Part shown: positions 52,690 to 64,000 of the stretch, piece after piece | How the letters are laid out: each line of letters begins with the position of its first letter | Position numbering within the stretch: the first letter of the stretch is position 1 | Source of the DNA: Octopus sinensis | Lineage: Eukaryota | Direction of reading: 5' to 3' | Assembly: GCF_006345805.1 (NCBI RefSeq) | Contig: NC_043008.1 | Span: 79,728,879-79,792,878, forward strand | Length of the DNA: 64,000 nucleotides | Translations under genes and position numbers: made by a program | The notes under the pieces: generated by a model | Seen by the model: the letters and a program-made list of their open reading frames with translations, nothing else | Databases searched by the model: none | Told to the model about the DNA's origin: nothing

Positions 52690-55600
52690 TGTCAGGTCGC
52701 TCTAGAGTGCTACTAGTAACATGTAATCCAGTACAACCCGTTGCATGGTTGGGACGTCAGCGACTAAACTGACAACCCCACCAGGTTCGCTTGGTGAGGA
52801 GGGTGCTGTTGGAAAAATAAAAGCCAATAAAGGGCGGATGAACTCCTGAATAGTCAACGGCCATCCAACAAAATGCCGGCCTGCCCGCACAGCCAGTGGC
52901 TAAAATAGCACGAAGAACGAAGAGAAAAGGAAAAGGGCCTCAGTAACCTGCACATCAATCGGGCCACTCCATGATGGTGGAGTGCAACTCGAGTGACGAG
53001 AGGCTGCTAAGAATCACAGGTTCCCGAGGGCCGTCATGGAACAGGACTAACCTTGCCACATGCACCTACAACTGCAGGTCCTTGGCAGGGTGGTAAGATC
53101 TGAACCACCTAATGGAGGAGAGGAAGAAGATCAGGTGCAACGTGTTAGGGCTATGCGAGACATGCTGGAAGAAGGAAGCGAGTATACGATGGCAAGATGG
53201 ATGCACTGTGAGATTAGGGAGAGCACAAGGTGCTAGATCGGTCAGAGGTATCGGATTCATCATAAGTAAGGAATGGACTTCGAGGGTCGCTTCTTGCCAC
53301 TTCATATCATCACGGATTATCCAGACCTATGCTCCCACAAGTGCCAGCAACAACGACGAGGTGGAAGAATTCTATCAACAACTAGACAAAGGGTTGGCTA
53401 TGAAGTTCACTTACACTGTCGTGATGGGAGACTTCAATGCAAAGGTTGGACATGGACGACAAGGAGAGGAGTACGTTGGGAGATTCAGCATGGGAGAGAG
53501 AAACGAGAGAGGAGAATGTTTGGCTACCATGGCAGAAGCGAGGCGACTCTACAACGGAAACAGCCTATTCAGGAAGAGGGAGAGGAAGAGATGGACCTGG
53601 ATATTGCTGAACTCTAAGCACTGAAGCGGGATCAACTACATCCTGGTTGATAAGCGATGCATATTACATGACGCCTCCGTCGTGACGCCATTCAACACCG
53701 GCAGCGATCATCGTCTGGTGAGGGCGAGGGTCGTCATCGACGGGAAGAGGGAGAAGATGGCGCTGTATTTGGCGTCGAGGGGAAAATGTGTCTGAGTCTA
53801 CAACGAGGCAAAGCTGCAGGAAGCCATCACGCAGGAAGACTGGTGCCAAGGAGACGACATAGACGATGACTACAACTCACCGATAGGGAAACTGAAGTAG
53901 TGTTTAAGGAAGGCAAAGGGAGTATGCCTAAGAGAAAAGAAGGGAAGAATCTCGGAAGAACTACGAAGTTACTCGAGAAGAGGAAAAATATGGACTATTG
54001 AAGATCACCTTGAATATTCCATTTTCAGCAGAGTGATTCAACAGCAACTAAAGAAAGACTTTGAGCCATACCGGATGGAGAAGCTCTTGAATGCCACAGA
54101 GGAAAAGAAGAGCTTCAAGAAATGCAAGAGGGACATGGTACTATATAGATCCGAGGTGACGGCCCTGGAGAATACAGATGGAATACCGGTCAACGAGAAG
54201 AGCGAGATGGAAAAAGTTTGCGAAGACTTCTACACCAAGCTCTTTAAGTCTACCAGAAATGTCCAGCCGTTACCACCACTCCAACATGAAGAAAACGTGC
54301 CACCTATCCTTGTCAGTGAGGTTGAAAGAGCCATCGGCTCGATGTAAAACAGAAAGGCGCCAGGGAAAGATGGTATAACATCGGAGGTGCTAAAGTCAGG
54401 CAAGAGAGCAGCTCTGGAAAATCCTCGTTGAGCGATTTACGCACTATCTAGACGAGGGAAGAATCCCCTCGCAGTAGAAAGAGTCAAATACCATCCTGCT
54501 GTATAAGAAGGGCGACAGAGAAGATCTAAAGAACTACCGACCCGTATGCCTGCTTTCTCACGTGTACAAGCTGTTCATGAAGATAATTCTGAACAGGTTA
54601 TCACGTCATCTCAACGAACAACAACCGAGGGAACAAGCAGGCTTCTGGGAGAACTACAGCACGATGGACCATATATTTGCTCTAACGCAACTGCTTGAAC
54701 GAGCAAATGAGTACAAGCTGCCTCTTTGCGATAGCGTCGAAACCAATGCAGTGCTGAACTCGCTACAGAGGCAAGGAGTCGAAGTGCAATATGTGCAGCT
54801 GCTCAGGGAGGCAAATTCTGGATGCACCACCAACATAGCTCTACTGACATCACCCATACGAGTGCCGGTTGAGAAGGGAGTGAAACAAGGAGATACAATC
54901 TCCCCAAAACTTTTCACCGCATGTCTCGAACAGATCATCAGAGGCATCGACTGGCAAGGTGGTGTCAACATCAATGGCGAGCTCCTCACTCACCTCCGTT
55001 TCGCTGACGACATCATACTCATCGCTGAAAACATGGATCAGCTTCAGACCATGCTGACGGAGCTCGACATCATAAGCTCTGCAGTAGGTCACAAGATGAA
55101 CCACATAAAAACAAAGTTCATGCGGTCAGACAACGTATTAACAGGTCAAATGGTGATCGGCAGTGATGAAATAGAGGAGGTAAAAGAATATGTCTACCTG
55201 GGACAGGAAGTGAATATGTGCCAAGATATCGAAAAAGAGATCTCACAGAGAGTAAGGGCCAGATGGAAGGCATTTAATGGCATAAGGGATGTGCTCAAGG
55301 GAAGGTTGGACAGGACCACCCATGCCAACCTCATTAACAGTGCAGTTCTACCTGCAATGTTATATGGTAGTGAAACATGGGCTATCACAAAGAGAGAAGA
55401 GCAGAGACTGGTAACGGCTCAAAGAGCCATGGAAAGGTCAATGCTTGGTATCTCATTGAGAGAGCACATCAGTAGCGAGATCATTAGAAAGAAGTCCGGC
55501 GTGTGAGATGTCATCGCAGAGTATACACGCAGCAAGTATAGATGGGCTGGACACGTCGCCCGGCTCACCGATAATCGGTGGACCCACGCAGTTGTCGAGT

Positions 55601-55772
55601 GGTACCCGCGTGAGTGGAAAAGACCACCCGGAAGACCTCCACGACGGTGGCATTACGATTTAAGGAGGACGATTGGGATCACGTGGATGAGAATGGCACA
55701 ATCCAGAGAGGAGTGGACAGTGTGCTGTGACCAGCAGTGTCAAATGGACGCCTGACAGACTGGTCGGTCAAG

Positions 55773-55777
<5 letters not shown>
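52690..55777 (+). mobile_element. Near full-length RTE-1-like LINE, pseudogenised
   Basis: EN (TYNCRSL, GLCET, QTYAPTS, VMGDFNAKVG), RT (KNYRPVCLLS, QPREQAGF, GVKQGDTISPKLF, LRFADD, YVYLG, LYGSETW); stops and frameshifts; ends in (TA)n. Confidence 0.9.
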
Positions 55778-55812
<35 letters not shown>

Positions 55813-55987
55813 TTAAATAATTTAATTAATTGTATTTCATTTTCTAGTAATGATATATTATAGTTTGTTATTCTTTTCTTATATAAGTTAAAATATTTTT
55901 ATAGATATAATGAATATTTATACCCATTTATTCTATTCAACACCAGAATATATTTGTTAAGATATTTCGTATTTTACAAGATTATAT

Positions 55988-56110
55988 ACATCATCATCAT
56001 CATTGTTTAACGTCCGTTCTCCATGCTAGCATGGGTTGGACGGTTCGACCGGGGATCTGGGAAGCCAGAAGGCTGCACCAGGCTCCAGTCTTATCTGGCA
56101 ATGTTTCTAC
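55988..56110 (-). mobile_element. Short RTE 3' tail copy
   Basis: catcatcatcatcattgtttaacgtccgttctccatgctagc. Confidence 0.75.
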
Positions 56111-56135
56111 ATATAATTATTTTATTGCTTTTATC

Positions 56136-56222
56136 TTTAACCTGAAGAGTGGCTATATTTAAATTGAATTGATTTTGCTGTTACCAGTTCTTAAACATAG
56201 CCATGAAACGTGCGTCCTCATT
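56136..56222 (+). ncRNA. Hammerhead-like motif with long stem II and weak stem I
   Basis: CUGAAGA (56142-56148), GUGGCUAU/AUAGCCAU stem, GAAA (56205-56208), ACG-UG-CGU, GUC (56214-56216); stem I is not formed. Confidence 0.45.
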
Positions 56223-56600
56223 TTACCAATTATATACATTTTATTTATTATTTTATACATTACTTAATAATTGGTATATGTTTTTATCTTATATTTAATT
56301 TTTTTTCTATAGGATGTAATTTTTTTCTATATGGTATTTTTTCATTGTTGAATTGATAAAAGGTGGTTTTCTTCTAATTTATATATATATATTATATTTT
56401 GTGAAATTTGATTTACTATTTATAAATTGAATTTTTCCCCGCAAGTTTGAAATATTCCCTAATATTATATATATATACATATATATATATACATATATAT
56501 ATACATATATATATACATATATATATATATACATATATATATATAAGAAATATTGAATTTCTAAATCTCTCGTAGAGACATGTACGGTGGTGGGGCGATA

Positions 56601-56942
56601 GAATGGTTGTATACTGTCAATCTAACAAGAACGTAACAGTAGCATCGAACGCCCCCTGATGGCTTTGACACATTTTTCCCTGTGTCCTTATATACATTTA
56701 CGAAGGGGAGACAAACACCCCGGCTGCCGAAACTGCATCTAGGGACACAATCCTGAAACACGTGTCCCTAGATGTAGTTTCGGCAGCCGAGGGTGTTTGT
56801 CTCCCCTTCGTAAATGTATATAAGGACACAGGGAAAAATGTGTCAAAGCCATCAGGAGGCGTTCGATGCTTCCTAGAGCTATACAGCAGTGGTGTACCCC
56901 CTACTGTCACGTTCTTGTTAGATTGACAGTATACAACCATTC
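56601..56942. repeat. Near-perfect foldback with 13-nt loop
   Basis: Arms 56601-56748 and 56762-56942; the right arm carries ~32 extra nt; few mismatches otherwise. Confidence 0.95.
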
Positions 56943-56969
56943 ATATATATATACATAATATATATATAC

Positions 56970-57002
<33 letters not shown>

Positions 57003-57425
57003 CATATATATATACATATACATATAATATATATACATAATATATATATATACATACATATATATATATACATATATATATACATATATATATATACATA
57101 TATATATATACATATATATATACATATATATATATACATATATATATACATATATATATACATATATATATACATATATATATACATATATATTACATAC
57201 ATATATATACATATATACATACATATATATATACATATATATACATATATATATATCATATATATACATATATTATATAATACATATAATATACATATAT
57301 ATACATATATATACATAAATATATACATATATATATATACATATATATATACATATATAATACATATATATATACGTATATATATACATATATACATATA
57401 TATATATACTATTACATATATATAT
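56943..57425. repeat. (TATATACA)n-type microsatellite
   Basis: Direct inspection. Confidence 0.95.
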
Positions 57426-57428
57426 ACA

Positions 57429-58260
57429 CTAGCAGAATTGCCCGGCGTTGCTCGGGGCTGAATTGCTTGAAAGTACTGTTAATGATTGCACTGAATTATG
57501 ATGATTATTCAGGCAAATATTGATATAAGCTTACGGTGGGAGATAAGGACTTAACGATCAAACATGTGCCATTGCATTGTTTTGGGGGAACCAAATTTCT
57601 GATGAGCATTATAGGGGCACCAACTTTAAGTTTGAGAAAGTGTGGTGGTAGTCCGGGGTGCTCAAAGGAATTGAGTACCTCTATTGGATAGTTGATGACG
57701 TCCTCTGGGTCAGGAGTTGTATCGATAGACTGATATACATAGACTTCCCCAGGAATGAGTTTTAGCATTTCATCATTAATATGGTGAACAGTTTTATTCC
57801 TCGGGGCCAGTATAGCCTTTTTGCCAATCCAATCCATATTCTGATAATTAGCTTGTAGATCTGGGAACACTGCATCTCTGAGATCAGAAGGCGTCTTAAC
57901 AATGGTACAAATGGAATCGATGGCAATATTACCATTTTCATCCCCTGGTATTTTGCCTTCGCCAAGTGCAAGGAGGGTGTGAGGAAATGCTGCTGATGTG
58001 ATATTACGTCGCATATGTGTGAAGTTTGAGAGTTACTTCCGTTTATTTTTAAAAATATGCATTAAAATAGAAAAAAATGATGGTAAATTATTTGTAAAAT
58101 CATAGACTCATCGTAGACGCGCGCTAATACCCAGAAGGGCTCGATATGAATCACGACTATAAGATACCCGGTTTTGGTTAAACTGCATCGCAAAATGTGG
58201 GAGTAGTTAGGAATCTAAATCGGAGTAGACAGACACACAACCTTTCTTTTATATATAAAT
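57429..58260 (-). mobile_element. Helitron derivative with a Pif1-like helicase fragment and canonical 3' end
   Basis: ORF 57505-58014: AILAPRN..V..IN, Y.SID, LNS...PGLPPH.LKLKVGAPIMLIRNL...CNGT; 3' hairpin cccgagcaacgccggg then CTAG|T at 57432-57428. Confidence 0.9.
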
Positions 58261-58738
58261 ATTTTCATCCTAAAAAACTTTGTATGGATTGAATGGTTAC
58301 CTCTATGGAAATATATACACGCACATTATACATACATGTGTATAGATGAATATATAAATACATTTAAATATCTATATACACTTTTGGGCGATCTTTCTGT
58401 TTCTTAGAGATAACTTTAGATCTTATTTTCGTGCTAAAAAACTTTGTATGGAGTGAATGGTTACCTCTATGGAAATATATACACACACGTTATACATACA
58501 TGTGTGCATAGATGAATATATAAATACATTTATATATCTATATACACTTTTGGGCGATCTCTGTGCTACTTAGAGATAACTTTAGATCTTATTTTCGTCC
58601 TAAAAAACTTTGTGCGGAGTGAATGGTTACGTGTATGGAAATATATACACACACATTATACATACATCTGTGTATAGATGAATATATAAATACATTTAAA
58701 TATCTATATACACTTTTGGGCGATCTTTCTGCTACTTG
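58261..58738 (+). repeat. Three tandem ~165-bp units, the third partial
   Basis: Unit starts at 58261, 58425 and 58591 (attttc.t.ctaaaaaactttgt). Confidence 0.9.
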
Positions 58739-58740
58739 GA

Positions 58741-59176
58741 TATAGGGGCGATGTTTTGCTTGTCGTAGCACACGTTTCCGTCGATTTCCGTAAAAAATGT
58801 AAACACTGAATCGGCCATACATACATACATACATACACACACACATACATACAAACACACACACACACATACATGCATACATACATATACACATAAACCG
58901 AGTAAAAAATTTCAGTTATCTCTCTCTTTCACACATTACTCTCTGTCTCTTCACTTACACAACATACTGTCTGTCTCCAACACTCCATCAAACACACACA
59001 CACACACACATGTACATCAATGCGTCCCATGCACGGTAACTTCAAAAGAACTTCCCTCGTCATACAATCGCTTTCTCTTAGTCTCTTTCGCTCTCATTAC
59101 TTATGTAAAAAAATAAAAGTTTTTTACGGAAATCCACGGAAACCTGTGCTACGACAAGCGAAACATCGCCGATATA
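58741..59176. repeat. ~57-bp inverted repeats flanking a microsatellite-rich spacer
   Basis: 58741-58797 vs reverse complement of 59120-59176, about 90% identical by eye. Confidence 0.85.
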
Positions 59177-59221
59177 GGTCTTCGTCCTAAAAAACTTTCC
59201 TGTCACACACTCACGCACACG

Positions 59222-59262
<41 letters not shown>

Positions 59263-59279
59263 ACACGCACGTTAGCTTA

Positions 59280-59634
59280 CAATTTTATTTATATATTTGC
59301 GTGTCTATGTGTGTAAAGAGAAAGTGGCAGACTGAAAGAGTCACTCACTACAAAAGGTGAATTACTTTCATTTCATTCTTTGCACACTGTGTGTGTGCGT
59401 GTGCGTGTGGTGTAAACCACATTAAGAAAAGCATTTGACATACACACCAGAATGTGAGTTTTCTGTAAATTTTGCTTAATTGGAGTTTAAATTTTAAAAA
59501 GTGGACCTGGCAAAACCCGATGCATTCTACTCTTAAAAATGCTAAGTAAATTGTATAATTGAAGAAATCCTATATTGTAGATTTCTATAACTGACAAAGG
59601 GAGGCAGATAAAATCTGCCTTTTATAATAAGAGA
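59280..59634 (-). mobile_element. Helitron-like 5' end
   Basis: A|TCTCTTATTATAAAAGGCAG on - at 59634, with hairpin aggcagat-aaa-atctgcct (59602-59620). Confidence 0.55.
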
Positions 59635-59693
59635 TATATACATATATATATACATATATATATACATATATACATATATACATATATATATTG

Positions 59694-59885
59694 GCACCCG
59701 TGCAGGTGGCACGTTTAAAGCACCCACTACACTCACGGAGTGGTTGGCGTTAGGAAGGGCATCCAGCTGTAGAAACATTGCCAGATTAGACTGGAGCCTG
59801 GTGCAGCCTTCTGGCTTCCCAGAACCCCGGTCGAACCGTCCAACCCATGCTAGCATGGAGAACGGACGTTAAACGATGATGATGA
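59694..59885 (+). mobile_element. Short RTE 3' tail copy
   Basis: Near-identical to 46578-46775; (GAT)n tail. Confidence 0.85.
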
Positions 59886-60109
59886 TATACATATATATAT
59901 ACATATATACATATATATATACATATACATATATATATACATATATATATACATATATACATACATATATATATACATATATACATACATATATACATAC
60001 ATATATACATACATATATACATATATACATACATATATACATATATATGTATATATGTAATATATATGTATATATGTATATATATATGTATATATATACA
60101 TATATATAC

Positions 60110-60172
<63 letters not shown>

Positions 60173-60279
60173 ATATATTATATTATATATATATTTATAT
60201 ATTTAAATATATATATAATATATAAATATATATATAAATATATATTTAAATATATATATAAATATATATATAAATATAC

Positions 60280-60327
<48 letters not shown>

Positions 60328-60364
60328 TATATATATATATATATAAAATATATGTTTGTTTGTT

Positions 60365-60582
60365 TTGTTTGTTTTTCCAGTTTCAGCTCTTGAGCTGTGG
60401 CCATGCTGGGGCACCGCCATTGTGGTGAAAGAGTACAGCAGGTCACACCCCCCCTGCCAGAGCCTCGTAGAGCTTTTAGGTGTTTTCGCTCAATAAACAC
60501 ACACAACGCCCAGTCTGAGAATCGAAACCTCGATCCTGCGACCGCGAGTCCGCTGCCCTAACCACTAGGCCATTGCGCCTCT
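60365..60582 (-). mobile_element. tRNA-derived SINE with CR1-like tail
   Basis: A box TGGCCTAGTGG, B box GGTTTCGATTCTC, tail ggcggtgccccagcatggccacagctcaagagctgaaac, then an A/C-rich run. Confidence 0.85.
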
Positions 60583-60584
60583 AT

Positions 60585-63088
<2,504 letters not shown>

Positions 63089-63482
63089 CCAATTAAGGAC
63101 TGAACACGAAAAGTGGACAGTCAACATGCTAGATATAGACGTCAAATCGCCATTCACCACAAAAGATTATGTTCTCAGATCAAACTCAACACAAACCATA
63201 GCAATAAACACGATATTTCGGTCGGTACGTGTTTGCATCTAGTCCAGCAAATTACATTATAACGGACCATGCTGATGATGGCTGCAGTTTTCCTTGCGGA
63301 AAATAACAGCTGAAACTAATTTAGTACATGGGTAATTATTTTATTCGTATATTTTTCACTTGTTTATTGCTATGGTTTTGTGTTGAGTTGATCTGAGAAC
63401 ATAATCTTTTGTGGTGAATGGCGATTTGACGTCTATATCTAGCATGTTGACTGTCCACTTTTCGTGTTCAGTCCTTAATTGG
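63089..63482. mobile_element. 122-bp inverted repeats enclosing a 150-bp core; Penelope-type inverted end or TA-targeting MITE
   Basis: Arms 63089-63210 and 63361-63482 differ only by two 1-nt indels; both ends are flanked by TA. Confidence 0.8.
63250..63337 (+). ncRNA. Type I hammerhead ribozyme, apparently intact
   Basis: Stem I CCAUG (63267-63271)/CAUGG (63327-63331) plus distal AAUUAC/GUAAUU; CUGAUGA 63272-63278; stem II GGCUG/CAGCU with inner UUUUCC/GGAAAA; GAAA 63312-63315; stem III ACUA-AUU-UAGU; triplet GUA 63324-63326. Confidence 0.8.
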
Positions 63483-63650
63483 TATATATAAATATTTTAA
63501 TCTTCGGATTCTTTTTTAATATGCTTGACCACTGGTCTTAATTGATAAATATCAATTTCTACCCTTAATTAATTTTATATAATATATATATATATATTAT
63601 ATATATATATATATATAAATATATATATAAATATATATATTTATTATATA

Positions 63651-63700
63651 GAAGGAGCTTCTACAGGACTAGTACTGTTTCATTCAAGAGAATCTTCAGG

Positions 63701-63702
<2 letters not shown>
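63651..63702 (-). ncRNA. Truncated hammerhead-like remnant
   Basis: UUC-CUGAAGA-UUC UCUU GAAU-GAAA-CAGUACUA-GUC-CUGUAGAAG; the 5' strand of stem I is lost to (TA)n. Confidence 0.4.
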
Positions 63703-63745
<43 letters not shown>

Positions 63746-64000
63746 ATATAAATATATAAATATGCATTTAAAGTTTATTTCTTCAGAGCCATCTTCGATG
63801 TTTATCCCATTCTCCTCCGAAAATATGCCCCCTCGTTTCCTACCGTATTTTTTTCATTATTTATCTTTTCTTTCTCTACCGTATTTTTTATTATTATCTA
63901 TTTTCACTCATTCTTCTCTGTTTCTGGCTTCATTCAGTTTTTATCTAATTATTATTTCTCCCCCTCAAATATAGTATTCAAACTAGTTGCTTCGATTTTC

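Noticed and set aside
52690-52930. Possible HDV-like ribozyme in the RTE 5' UTR (GGCUAA motif, GGGCGG/CUGCCC helix)
   Set aside because: I could not assemble P2, P3 and L3 in the required nested double-pseudoknot order; a covariance-model search is needed.
58261-58738. Regularly spaced repeats as a CRISPR-like array
   Set aside because: These are whole-unit ~165-bp tandem repeats without unique spacers, in eukaryotic DNA with no cas genes.

Overview
A eukaryotic, AT-rich, repeat-saturated 64-kb window with no host protein-coding exon, rRNA, tRNA gene or CRISPR array that I can support. The (GAT)n-tailed RTE 3' ends, tRNA-derived SINEs and long (TA)n/(TACA)n fields resemble Octopus/cephalopod DNA; this is inference from recalled repeat motifs, not a database result. 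Almost all of it is nested, mostly decayed transposable elements. These are three Gypsy LTR relics and a solo LTR; HERO, CR1, several RTE and Penelope retroelements; pogo, piggyBac, Chapaev3-like, hAT, mariner and Tc1 DNA transposons; and Helitron derivatives. The signal the ORF track does not show is RNA-structural. There are eight type-I hammerhead or hammerhead-like motifs in about six unrelated sequence contexts. Two (63250-63337 + and 4811-4861 -) keep the whole catalytic core, one lies at the 3' end of a Penelope ORF, and most are ORF-less, sit against TA microsatellites or lie inside long foldbacks. Also notable are a 3' stem-loop shared with compensatory changes between a CR1 LINE and three SINE copies, an ~850-bp foldback flanked by a 12-bp direct repeat, and a solo LTR nested in a piggyBac deletion derivative. 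All alignments and folds were done by eye, and most element boundaries are approximate.
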